DNA of 63,226 nt, the filler included, from Octopus bimaculoides (Eukaryota): NCBI RefSeq assembly GCF_001194135.2. It is 4 parts of 4 records of this genome, joined end to end, with 100 filler letters (N's around TTAATTAATTAA, not from the genome) between each part and the next. Parts side by side here need not be neighbours in the genome. Positions count along the whole stretch, not along the records: positions 1 to 19,496 come from NC_068985.1; 3 more parts are not named here. The stretch is one strand, 5' to 3'. The position numbers and the translations under genes were made by a program. Positions 1-12,315 of this stretch are shown here, piece by piece (position 1 is the stretch's first letter; the number at the start of each line of letters is the position of its first letter). The notes beneath the pieces were generated by a model. It had not been told where the DNA came from, did not search any database, and saw only the letters and a list, made by a program, of their open reading frames with translations.

Positions 1-113
1 ATATATATATATATATTCATATATATTTGCACATACATACATACACATGTGTATATGGTTTTCTATTCCATTAAGGCATGTACGTGTGTCTGTGTACGTA
101 TGTGTGTGTATGC

Positions 114-186
<73 letters not shown>

Positions 187-325
187 GACAGAGAGAGAGG
201 GGGCGCTGGAGAAAGAGGTAGATAGGTAGATAGGTAGATAAAATAATAATATATCGATCGATATAGATTGACAGGCAGAGGGATAAATGAATAGGTAGAT
301 AGATAGATAGATAGATAGATGCACA
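1..325. repeat. Compound microsatellite (AT)n/(GT)n/(AG)n/(AGAT)n
   Basis: Directly visible simple repeats; the overlapping ORFs are dipeptide-repeat artefacts. Confidence 0.95.
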
Positions 326-393
326 TATAAACGACTTTTACCAGGAATTTTCGGTTTACGTCTATAATACTGCAGGAAGAAGATATCAGTTAA

Positions 394-822
394 TCCTTTT
401 CTACTCTAGGCACAAGACCCGAAATTTGGGGGGAGGGGCTAGTCAATTAGATCGACCCTAGTACGTAACTGGTACTTAAATTATCGACGCTAATAAGATG
501 AAAGGCAAAGTTGACCTCGGCGGAATTTGAACTCATAACGTAAAGATAGACGAAATACCACTAAGCATTTCGCCTGGCGTGCTAACGTTTCTTATTTCTT
601 TATTGCCCACAAGGGGCTAAACATGGAGACGACAAGAAAGGACAGACAAAAGGATTATGTGGGCTTCATCGCCCCAGTGCGTAACTGGTACTTAATTTAT
701 CGACCCCGAAAGGATGAAAGGCAAAGTCGACCTCGGCGGAATTTGAACTCAGAACGTAAAGACGGACGAAATGCCGGTAAGCATTTCGCCCGGAGTGCTA
801 ACGTTTCTGCCAGCTCGCCGCC
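394..822 (-). mobile_element. Two adjacent copies of a tRNA-derived SINE (family A in this report)
   Basis: Reverse complement starts GGCGGCGAGCTGGCAG...GAGTTCAAATTCC (B-box-like). The same sequence recurs at about 18.8, 20.8, 30.4, 39.3, 39.9, 44.6 and 54.9 kb. Confidence 0.85.
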
Positions 823-1380
823 TTTAACGGTTAAACAATAATTTGCATTAATTGACACAATATCATTATAAAAAGTAAATAAACTAATAAATAAAATTGA
901 AAACATAAAAAAAAGTGGCTGGGCAAAATTACAACTGAATAGTAACCAGTTACTATGGCATTGTTTTTAATTGGTTAAGGAATAAAACACATTCCGAAAG
1001 CGAAAAACACCCTATTAAATGAAATTACATTTCTTTGACATTTTGTCACGACTTTTTCTAATTTTTATGAAGATCAATCTTAAATATTTTGTTTCTTTTT
1101 TTTTTTTTTTCGCTTGGACAGAATTATGGCAAGTCACAAAGAACAACACGAAAACAAGAGACAAAAATATTTAAGAATAGAAACGTGTCATAAAGAATCA
1201 ATCTTGAGTTTGATAACAATTCTTCTCATATCTAATTTTATCTAAGATCTTAGCAGTATTGTAATTTTAAATTAAAATTTAGATGAAAGAATATAAAAAA
1301 AATGTTGACCTTTCTTTATGATATTCCTTTACTTTTCAGGTAATATTGAAAATACCATGACCGTTGCAGCCGCTCTTGCT

Positions 1381-1384
1381 GCTG

Positions 1385-1452
<68 letters not shown>
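1381..1452. repeat. (ACT)n(AAT)n microsatellite
   Basis: Directly visible. Confidence 0.95.
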
Positions 1453-1453
<1 letters not shown>

Positions 1454-1929
1454 GTCATGATGCAGTACCAGGCAATGACTCTCATGGCTCCTGGTCTTAA
1501 TTGACCGGAAGTGTTATATACACTGTTTTGTCTCGGTATAAAAGATGGGCTACAGCAAATATTCCACTCAATACCACAGATTTGCTTATCAGTTGTCTGA
1601 CCATAACCAATTGAGAATTTTCCCTTAGTGGCTGACGATGTGTGCATATCTGAGCACGTGCAGAAGTAGTGGAGGCGCATCATAGGTTTGGATAATTCAC
1701 CTTTGGAAACATAGGTGTTTCGTTCAACATCCTTAAACAATCCTTATTCAGTGACCTTTTGTGTGGGATGAGCTACTCAACCTGAAGAAAATTCTAACTG
1801 GACCTCACCTGCAAGTTCATACGCTGTTTATCTTTATATGAGATCATCGTGTCATGCTCAAAGTTGTGATGCATGTGCCTAGTGTACCCTTAGCAGACGG
1901 GTAGTCATGATGAGTATACATTCCCTGTT

Positions 1930-3250
1930 GCTGCCATTGTTGTTGCTGATTGTGATGTGAATGTTTCTGCTCCTGATGTGCATTCCGCTTGACGTTGTGC
2001 AGTTGTTTCCACTCCAGCAGTTGTTGTAGCAGCAGCTGCTACCGGCGCTGTAGTGGTTTTTGTGGATACTGTTGTGTCCAGTTGTCTCTGTTGGTGTTGT
2101 TTTTTCTGTTCTTCCTGCTGCAGTTATTTTTGTGGTGCCTGTTGTTGCTGTGGTTGTAGTGGTATTAATGGTTGCTACGGCTCATCCCCCCCTTATCCTT
2201 CTTTCCTTCGGGCAATAGACTCTTATGTGACCTGAATCACCACAGAAGTAGCATCACGGCCTTCTTCCTTCCACCATCACCTGCAGATGCTGGCCTCCAG
2301 AGAGTTCTATTAGGTCGGGAGTTTTCTCTACAGTTTCTGGTTTTACTTGCAGTAGAATTACCATCACCTGCAGATGCTGGTCTCCAGAGATTTCTATTAG
2401 GTCGGGAGTTTTCTCTACAGTTTCTGGTTTTACTTGCAGTAGAATTTCCAACCCTTTTCTAGCCCAGTTTTTCTTTTGGGATTTTGGGATTTCTAGGAGC
2501 CTTCTAGGATCTTCCAGCACCACGGCTTTCACTACCCACCAGATATTGATTTCTGGTGGTATGTTACTTATTTTTTTCGGATCACTCTCTGTCCCAGATA
2601 GATGGGAAATAAAGAAAACTCCTCCCTTTTTAATAGGACAGTTGAGTGTTTTTGTGCTAGTGATTCCAACTGGAATATGACCTTGATGTAGCCGAACTTT
2701 GGTGCGTGACAGACAAAGCTGACATCCCCCATATCTTTTTCAGGCAGAGTTCGGCTTGGTTTCATGGTATTTTTTCCAGTCTTCTTGTTTTCATAGACAG
2801 ACATCTGTACATGAATGTTTTTTTGTTTTGTTTTTGGTTACCTGTAGCAGGTTTTGAGATACATTTGGTGTGGACTTTCCTCCTTCACGTCTTATAATCC
2901 TCTCAGCTTCCTTTAAATGTTCTTCCTTATCCTTTAACGACATAATTTCAAACTTATTTGTAACTTATGCGAAGGAAACGTTATTTCTACTTGAACCTTC
3001 TCTTTCCTTGTTCGAAATTTTACTGATTTTTGTGGTGGTCGTAGTGGTGGTGGTGGTGGTATTTTCCTTGCACAATTGGTTGCTGCTAGTTATATTTCGT
3101 GCTTCCTTGATCGAATTCCCATTACTCCTGACTTCCACTGTGGTTGTTGTTGTCGTTGTCATTGCTGTTGCTACTCCCCCTGCTACTACCACTATCATTT
3201 ACATCTAGAGTGAGTGGGGGCGAGTGACAATTTCGTGCTTTACATTTCCT
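1930..3250 (-). mobile_element. Degenerate non-LTR retrotransposon 5'/ORF1-like remnant with an internal 87-bp tandem duplication
   Basis: GC-elevated, broken minus-strand frames (e.g. TVLLKREEFSLFPIYLGQRV) resembling LINE ORF1, plus low-complexity Thr/Ala/Gln tracts. No RT motif, so the clade is unassigned. Confidence 0.45.
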
Positions 3251-3774
3251 CTCAATTCCATCTCTTGTTGACTTGCTGACAAAGACGACGATGCCATATT
3301 AAATTTTGCAAATTTTGAAAGGAAACAACTTTCTTTTCACTGTTAATCATACCAATACGGTGTAAATTACACTTAATCACAAGTTATAACAATAAAATAT
3401 AACAATAACAATCTGTTTAGAGGTAAACAAGTCACACACTTATGGAGCTCCGAAATATACGTCCAGCTCTGGCGACAATGATGATAATAATAACGCTTTA
3501 TAATTCCGGCACAAAAAGTCTACAAGTTTGAAGCCGTGTAGAGTCACATAAAATAGTTCAATCGTTTGATCGAGGTTCTAAGAAAATACCGCTTAATAAT
3601 AATGTTGACTTTTGATTGCTCCAAGCGTTCGAGACGCAATAAAATAGAGTGGAACCTTAATCAAAGTGCTTACAGAAACTATGGAATGTGAAAAACAAGT
3701 TATATATATATATATAAAGTGAGAGTTTAAAGACCTCAGATCTGATACAAATGAGTATTACAACAATTTTAAAA

Positions 3775-4190
3775 TGGTTAATAAGTTCGCTTTGAAACCA
3801 CGGTATTTTGAATTCAGTTTGACTGCCTATTATAGGCTCTGCCCTTGCCCCACTATGCCTTGCGATTGAATTTGGTCGATGGGAATTGTATGGAAGTTCG
3901 TCACGTATGTATATGTATGTGTGTGTGTTTGTGTGTGTATGTGTGTCTGTGTGTGCGCGCGTGTGTGAATGGGGTGTTTTCGTGTTTGTGTTTCCTCCAC
4001 CATCCCACTACTTGATAACAGTGTTTATTTGTTTACATCCATGTAACCTAAGGATTCGGTAAAAGAGACCGATAGAATTATAATGAAATTAAAATTATAA
4101 GTTCTGGGGTCACTTTGTTCGACTACAATTCTTAAAAGCTTCATTCCTGCAGTCCAAACAATTAACCGAAAAATAAAAGATAATTAACTA
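3775..4190 (+). mobile_element. Old, diverged copy of SINE family B
   Basis: Collinear but diverged relative to the better copy at 52881-53262, including the internal (GT)n tract and the GTAAC...TTCGG...AGACCGATAGAAT segment. Confidence 0.6.
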
Positions 4191-4398
4191 GGATTATCAA
4201 AAGACACATAAAACAGACAGTGATTAAAACAAAATATTATTTAAATAGAAAATAAAACAAGGAAACCATTTAGAGTTTCTGCCCACACGGGTAAGAAACA
4301 TCTGGTTGGATTTGGTCGAGTATTCCACATTTTTCTCGCGTATCATCAGTCGTTTTTTTTTAACGGTTTTTGTGGGAGTTGAGCTAAGAAACAATCTA

Positions 4399-5773
4399 TT
4401 AGGTTACCCGGAGTGTTCTGAGCGTTTTAAAGCTAAATCTTTTAACACTTCATTGAATACACCTGAAACGTAACACAGTTGCTTGAAGTGGTACTGGATC
4501 TCTTCTTTTCATCTCCAGTCACAAGTTGTTTCAAAAAAGGTATGCTTTCATTCTGTTTCAAAAGCATATCACACACAGAATACCAGTTCATGAAATTTTA
4601 TGTGAGTTTGTGAGGAACCCATACGTTGTAGCGAGAAATGTATCTTAGCCTCACTAAGTGTTTATGAGCTGTACTTCTAGAAACTTCCAACTCCTAGCTA
4701 AAAATAGATTTATCGTTCATTCCGGTTACCCTTTATTGACATTTTAAATGGATAACCAGAAATTTCATATTCGCGTTAAAAAATGAGAAAATGCTGTAAA
4801 GACTTGCAAAAACAGTTGTGAAGTTTATGGTGATGATGCTGCAGGTGAATCAAGTGTTCGAAGGTGGCTTTGAAAAATTTAAAGATGGATAGTCGCGATG
4901 GAAGACCTTCGAAATTTGATGATGTTTTGCAGGCAAAAATCGATGAAAACTCAAATATCACAAAATAACTTGCAGTGCAGTTGGACGTTTCTAGAAGTAC
5001 GACTCATGAACACCTAGTGATGCTAGGATACATTTCTCGCTACAACATATGGGTCCCTCATAAACTCACAGAAAAGAATTGCTTGGACCGGTATTCCGTT
5101 TGTGATATGCTTTTGAAACGGAATGAAAACATCCTTTTTTTTTAAACAACTTGTGGGACTGCAAAATGGATTGTGCACGACAACGTAGTGCGACAAAGAT
5201 CCTGGCGTTTGCGTAAGGATCTCCAAAACAGCAACCAAAGACGAATATCTATGCCAAAAAAAGCTATGCTTTGTGTTTGGTGGGATCATAAAGGTATTAT
5301 ATATTATGATCTTATCCCACAAAATCAGACCATTAATTCTGATGTGTACTGTCGTCAGCCGGCTGATTTGAAAAAAAAAAAATCAAAACATTGAGGCCGA
5401 AGATTGCTAACAGGAAAGAGGTAATGTTCCACAAGTATCTTTGGCTACCCGAAAAAAGGTACATCAACTTGACTGGGATTTCTTACCCCATCCACCATAT
5501 TCTCCTGATATTGCGCCATCCGACTACTACTTGTTTTTGTCTCTACAGAATTCATTTCTAGGAAAAACATTTAGCGATTTAGATGGAGTCGAAATGCATC
5601 TAGATAACTGTTTTTCTTCAAAACCAGTCACTTTTTATGCGGATGGAATATTAAATTGCCTTATGAGAAAAGGTCATTAATAATAATGGAAATTATTTCA
5701 TTGAATAAAATTTATTGAAAGATCAATTATTTATATCCCTTTTTGCATACTAAAAAACGCTCAGAACTTTCCG
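4399..5773 (+). mobile_element. Defective mariner transposon
   Basis: TA then left TIR TTAGGTTACCCGGAGTGTTCTGAGCGTTTT (4399-4428); partial right TIR AAAACGCTCAGAACTTTCCG ending at 5773. Frameshifted transposase from ATG 4748 with WVPHKL, LCVWWD and HPPYSPDIAPSDYYLF motifs. Confidence 0.92.
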
Positions 5774-5899
5774 TTAGGATTCTTTTCTCTTATCTGATTA
5801 TAATAAAGTTTATTTGTCTACAGAAGTGCCTTTCTTTTAAATGTCACTTCAATTCAAACCTTATGTTTTCTGTATGTGATATACGTACACATCACATTT

Positions 5900-7320
5900 T
5901 CTCTATGACGTAGTGTTTTGGTATGCAGCTGACAGTTGTAGCTGACGGTGATTTTCATTTCACCTTATGCTTTCATCATTGTTGTTCTTATGAGGGTTCT
6001 CTATTTTACATTATTTTTTGTTCTTTTCTGGTGTGACTTATTTCTTATTGTTTTATTCATTCTTTTTTTCTTTTTTCGCGTTCACATTGAGATTTTGGAT
6101 GTTTTCCCTTTCATACCTTCTCGTCATAAGACAATGAAATGGTACTGCTGCCGGTATTCTACTGAGAATTTAGGCTTACTAACGTTTTTGTGAACACATC
6201 TCCAGCAGTATCTAACTGTCTGCTTCCTCGTCAGCTTCTGGTACTGAGAGGGGAGTGTTCTCCTTGACCTGTAGTGTCTGGAGAGCAGAAACATTTTCTA
6301 CCGCTTCTTAGTAATAATTCGTTGATTTTCTCTTTCATTTTGTGTCTACCTCCAGCAGTTTTTGCTACCATAGTTATAGCATTTAGAGCACTTGTTCTGC
6401 ACTCCTAATTTCATCGCATTTTCTGTGGCTAGCGTAAGTGATGATCGGCATAATGTTGGATGTATTTACCAAAACGTGAAGGATGCAGAGATATGTATAA
6501 TGCAGATGACTCAATCAGCTCTGTTAGGTATGAAAACTACGTTTTAAATTATGAGGAAAAAATATCAGCAGCAAGAAATATCGAAGAAGGTAATGACATA
6601 ATGAAAACTCTAAGAGGACAAAAACCTGGAAAGAGAAAGAAATCCATGTAGAAAATGTACAACCCTAATTGTAGGTGACAGATAGAGAGCTGAAACGAGA
6701 GCCTAAATCGTTAATTACAACCGCTTAGAAACAAGCCATTAGATAGAATTTTGATAGAGAAAAAGTTTGATAAACTCAGTATGTGACGAAAGTATTAAAT
6801 ATGATCTAAGTGCAGGAAGCTAGTACAAAAACAAAAGAAGTATGTCTGTATCGACAAAAAAGTGCATTAGGATGAACCCGAATTCTAGGTTTGAATTGCA
6901 GTAAAATTAGTTTGAATACGGTCCTGAGTCTGTGATGAAGGATGATGCTTAGTGGAATTTATGGGTTTTCTCCATACTGATGACTATGCTGTTGGAGCAA
7001 TATGAGCAAATTTTATCGTGGAAAGAAAAAAAAGTAGTGTAAAATTATTGGTTTTGCAATCCGTATAATAGTAGAGTGTTTATGAAGAAAACTAAGCAGA
7101 TTCAGAATATCAGGATGCGGAGATTTATATAATGCAGATGACTCAATCAGCTCTGTTAGATACGTGCAAGCTGCTTCCTAAGAGGATGAAGGATATTGGA
7201 ATTGAATTATGTATAGCCGACCTGCAGAACAATGTTATCCTTTTGAGCAAAAAGCCTAAGAAATATCCTTGAGATCTGAGAAAACTTGTAATTACCAAAT
7301 TTGCTATCATCTCTGTTAAC
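5900..7320 (-). mobile_element. Highly degenerate LINE remnant (zinc-knuckle-like ORF1 trace)
   Basis: Minus strand near 6350-6400 reads KCSKCYNYGSKNC, a CCHC knuckle lacking its His; remaining frames are disrupted. Confidence 0.35.
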
Positions 7321-7357
7321 CATCTTAAAGTGTAATAACATATGTAAAATGAAAAAA

Positions 7358-7951
7358 AAAAAGGGCATCGGAGGGGTGATACATACCCTGCGGACAGATA
7401 ACTGTTTTGCAAATTATAGTGTGGCTTACAATGCGTTGCTTACCCATGCTTTTTGATTGAACTGAATTATTTTTAATTATCACCATTACGAGTATTTATA
7501 CTCCGGTGAAATTAAGAAACCAACTCGTAAATAAACGGAACACTCGAATCTATCCGTGTTCACACACGCGCGTGGGCTTACGCACACACATACAGAGTCA
7601 TATATGTATGTATGTATGTATGTATCTACATGTATCTACGCGCATAGGTACACCATGATCTATACACACGCAGACGAGGGTCGATTCATATGAAAATGAT
7701 AGTGGACAAAATAATATGCCCACTTGCTTATCGAGAAATATGTAAGTTCGAGTTTTATTATTTGTTTTATTTTGTGTTTTTTTAAAGATAAACAAACTAA
7801 TCGTTAATCATTTCAAGCCGCTCACCCAATGAGTATTTCTGCCAAATGAGGTGAAAATCCGTTCAGCCGTTTTTCAGCAATTTTGTAAACACGGTGACAG
7901 ACAAAGATAAATGATTACAATACCCTGCTTTTACTTACGCGCGCAGGGTAA
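7358..7951 (+). mobile_element. Non-autonomous Helentron/DINE-1-like element
   Basis: 5' subterminal TACCCTGCG (7384-7392) is inverted to CGCAGGGTA (7942-7950). The 3' arm also closes a stem-loop with TACCCTGC (7921-7928). Internal microsatellites; followed by (AAC)n. Confidence 0.55.
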
Positions 7952-8129
7952 CAACAACAACAACAATAATAATCGACATATGTGTAGTAGTTGAAAATGT
8001 GTCTGTATTAATTAATAATAGCATACCTAGTTGGAAAACACGTCTTTTCTGTAACAAGCAGTATTTATCCAATTTAACAATCAAAAGAGGTAATTTTGTT
8101 CACCTTTTTGTAGTCCTATGCAAAATCAG

Positions 8130-9670
8130 CGTTCACTTTGAGCTGCGAAAGAATGCGCCTCATCTCAACCACCTTATATTCATGGATGATATAAAACCGT
8201 TTGCAAAAACAGAGACTGAAATGGAGAGGCTGGTTTAGACTGTACAGATGTGCAGCAAGGATATAGGAATGGAATTTGGACTCTCAAATTGCTCGCTGCT
8301 CACTTTGAAATGGGGGAAAAGGGCAGATTGCATAGAATCGTTAAACGGATAGAGAATGGGAGACCTGGATGATGGTGAGTATAAGTACCGTGGGATCCGA
8401 CTGCTGGGACATCTTGCACAAAGAAATACAAGAAAAGGTTGCCATTTCATATTTGAATCGCCTCAAACTTCTCTTGAAGCACAAACTCAGTGTGAGAAAC
8501 CTTGTGATTGCCATCAAGATATAGGATGTTATGGTAGTTCACTATATTGCACCAATTCTGAGATGAACCCAAGCGGATATTGACTAACTCAATCACATTA
8601 ATCGGAAGATTATGACAAAGCAAACGTACACAGGCTGTACATAAAGGGGAGCAAGAGGATGTGGTCTGATTAGTGTACAGGAGTGCGTCGACTTGAAAGA
8701 AGGAAATTGACAGAGTAATTGATAAACAGCAATCAAGACCTGCTGCAGTACGCTGCTCATGCAGAAGGATTTACCAACAATGAATTTGAGAGTACTAATG
8801 AATTCCACTCATGGATTGCAAATGAGACAGAAAAAAACACTACTCTGCATGGAATTGCAAGGTCAGGTACAGCACGAAACTGACGACTTAAAAGAGCAGG
8901 AAACACCGTGGATGTGGATCAACAAAGGTGGTCTTAAAAAGAACAATGAAAGCAGGATCGTCGTTTCCTAGGATAAGGTATTGAATACCAACTCAATGTA
9001 AAGAGATTAATACCATTCGAGTATAGTGAACCTCTGCAGAATGTGTCAGAAGAAGGCTGAAAGTGTGACTCACATCATTAGTGCTTGTGAAAGTCTTCAG
9101 GAGAAAGAGTACAAGCGCAGGCATGACGAGGTAGCCCTAGACCTTTGTTGGCTGTTGTTCCAAGTATGAATAGGAGGTAATGGACGCTTGGTACCAATAT
9201 ACTCCGGAAAAGGTAATGAATTAAAAAGAAAAAGCAAAGATCCTGTGGGGATCCAGACAGACATGGTATTAGTGCACCGAAAGCCGGATATAGTAGCCTT
9301 TAAAGGGAGAAGCTAGAGTGTCTAATAATTGACATGACTGTGCCAGTCTAGTAGATCAACATATTGTTATGAAAGAAAGAGCAAAGGAAGCTAAACGTGG
9401 TGACCTGAAAATTGAGGTCGCCAAAATGTGGCAGCTGCAAGAGTCAAATATAAAGGGTGTTCCTGTTGTCATCAGAGCATTAAGTTCATTACTACTCAAC
9501 CTAAACAAACACCCGGATACTTTAAACATACTCTACAATCTTGATGTATTGTAAAAATCGGTTTTATTTGGAACTGCACGCAACTGCAGTTTGGCTGAAC
9601 TCCCTCTTGTAACATGACATACAGCATAAATTACTTGTACACACATCTTCATTCTACAACATAATAATAA
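8130..9670 (+). mobile_element. 5'-truncated, degenerate R4/Dong-like non-LTR retrotransposon (RT, zinc finger, restriction-like endonuclease)
   Basis: HLIFMDDIKPF RT motif, DIGMEFG, CRMCQKKAESVTHIISAC...RHDEV CCHC region, HRKPDIV endonuclease motif and LFGTAR C-terminus; ends at an (ATA)n tract. Confidence 0.88.
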
Positions 9671-9714
9671 TAGCAAAAAATACGCTTAAAATCAAGCAAT
9701 AAAATTGTTTATGT

Positions 9715-10975
9715 AACCGGAATTGTTCTCTGTGGGACAGGTCTGTTGTGGTTCAGGCTTCTGCCACTAGATGCGACTCACAGGCATCAGTCTGCCGTCC
9801 GGCGTCGTCGCCTGGAGTCGTACTACTACGTGGTGCGTTTTTGTTTTGCAGTGCTTCTCCCCTGTTCGTCGATTTTGCGATGGCTGAAACGAATGGACAG
9901 CGTGCTTCTGTGAAATTCTGTTTCCTGCTGAGGAAAACGGCGGACGAAACAGTTTTCGTGCTTCAAACAGCTTGCAAGAACGCCGCCACAAGCAAAACGC
10001 GAGTTTATGAGTGGTTTTCCCACTTTAGGAATGATCACTTGTCGCTTGAAGACCAACATCGTTCAGAGCAACCGTTGACCTTCAGAACCAATGAAAACAT
10101 CACAAAAATTCATGAACTGATCTTGCAGGACCGTCGCCGAACAATTGAAGAACTTGTTGATATACTGATGTATTCTAGAGCTCCTGCTAACGGATCGTGA
10201 GCGAGGAATTCCAAATGAAAAGAGCTGCAGCAAAATTTGTGTCTCTGAAGATCAAAAGCAGTCATGACCGAATGCATGTCGTGAAATGAAAGAACAGTTG
10301 GAAGTTGATCCAGACCTTTTTTCGATGGTCGTCACTGGTGACAAACGCTGGTACTACAACTAGAACCCAGAAAGAAGTCAATGTAAGTATTCAACATCAC
10401 CATGCCCCGCAAAAGTGCGTCAAGGAAAGTCTAATGTCAAGACGATGCTGATTTGTTTCATCAAAGCAAAAGGAATTGTCCATACAGTATTTGTTCCTCC
10501 TAATCAAACTGTTAACCAGACAAGTTCTGAAGCGTTTGTGAGGCGCGGCGACACGAAAACGCCTCGAATAGTGACAAAGTGAAGAGTGGTGGTTTAATCA
10601 TGACAATGCACCCTCGTACACCGCCTTGAGTGTAAGATAGATTTTGACCAAAAATAGCATGACTCCGCTTACTCACCCTCCCTATTCCCCTGATATTGCT
10701 CCTTGCAACTTTTTTTGTCACCCTGAATGAAAAACGTCCTTCAATGTTTTGCAGATGTGGAAGAATTGAAGAAAAGAACGACGGAGGCGTCAAAAGGCAT
10801 CACTTTGCAGGACTACTCCGAACAGGACTACTCCGAACAGGACTACTTCGAACAGTGGGAAACGCGTCTGGATCGATGCATTGCTCAAAAGAAGAGGCGA
10901 TAAGAGCGTAAACATGTAGAACTAAGTGAATAAAATAATATTGCAAAATTCCGGTTTCTTTTGGGTACCCCTTGC
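9715..10975 (+). mobile_element. Defective mariner transposon (second family)
   Basis: Transposase from ATG 9880 (QRASVKFCFLLRKTADET...VYEWFSHF HTH), VTGDK, HDNAP and HPPYSPDIAPCNFF motifs with frameshifts. AACCGGAATT (9715-9724) is inverted to AATTCCGGTT (10947-10956). Confidence 0.9.
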
Positions 10976-11117
10976 CCGTACATATGTACAAGTATTTGAA
11001 TGTGCGCAAGTGTTTCACGTAGTACATATGTTTTACATATTACCTAGCACTGCATCCACAGAACTGCAGCCAAGTGGTTCCCTCTCTCTCTCTCTCTCCT
11101 TCTCTCTCTCTCCTTCG

Positions 11118-11154
<37 letters not shown>

Positions 11155-12222
11155 CTTTTCGCTCTCTCTCTCATTGTTTCTCCCTGTCAATATTTTTTTC
11201 CATACGCAATTTCCTCTACAGACGTTCCAGGTTAGATTTTCATATAGAACTCCTGTCCCACATCAGCAAGGACTTGTATGCGTTCTGAGTATCAAGACTA
11301 TGTCTAATACAAATAATAGAAGTTCCATTTAGAGATCTAACATCATAACACTTGCTTTACAATAACTCGATTATGGATAGTGAAGTTAGAATGTAATTTG
11401 TCAGTTTTATTTGTAAATGAGACACGAAAAAGTTATTAAAATTATTTCTCGTGGTGTTCTGCAGAGTGGTAGTTAATTATTACTCTGTTGTTTGGTAGAA
11501 AATCCAGATGATAGAGTATTATAATGTGATGACCTAAGCAAGAATTATCACTTGGCTTAAAGCACTGGTGTCATGGTTTTGTCACTTCAATACTTCCTTC
11601 ACTTCAATCTCATCCCATTACACAAGCAGACTCACTTTGAAAATATAGCATTCGTATTTCTATGCAACGAAAATTTCCAAAGCTGGACTTGTCATTTCTG
11701 TTTCGACTGTCGAAAAGTTTGTAAAATCCTATTTTATCCTCATACAAGCAGCTTGCACCGTTCTGTCAGTTCTTATCAAATTTACGTCTACAAAATTGGA
11801 AATGGAAAACAAATTGCTGTTAGAGAATTTTTAAGTGAAGTGTACTTTGATATAAAAAAAAAATGCCACTTTCTACGAAATAATGTTTTGTTTATCATTC
11901 AGTTAACTGTACGCTTCACTGCTTTCTTAAATATACTTACATATGTACATAACTGAAGTGAATTGAATTATTGATAACCTTATAATAAATGCCAAAATGG
12001 ATATTCATATCAAAGCAATTGAAAATTAATTATTTAGCCAGACAGAAATATTCCCATGAAAGTATTTAATCATTCACTCATCATTTAAAAATACTAAGTT
12101 CTTCATTGCTTTCTTTTTTATATTGAATATTTGATATTTTATCATTCTTTGACATCAATTTTTTCCATCTTTTATTTTTAGAAAAAAACATAATTGCTAA
12201 TCAAAAGCGGGGTGGTTATCCA

Positions 12223-12223
<1 letters not shown>

Positions 12224-12310
<87 letters not shown>
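12224..12310. repeat. (CT)n microsatellite
   Basis: Directly visible. Confidence 0.95.
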
Positions 12311-12315
<5 letters not shown>

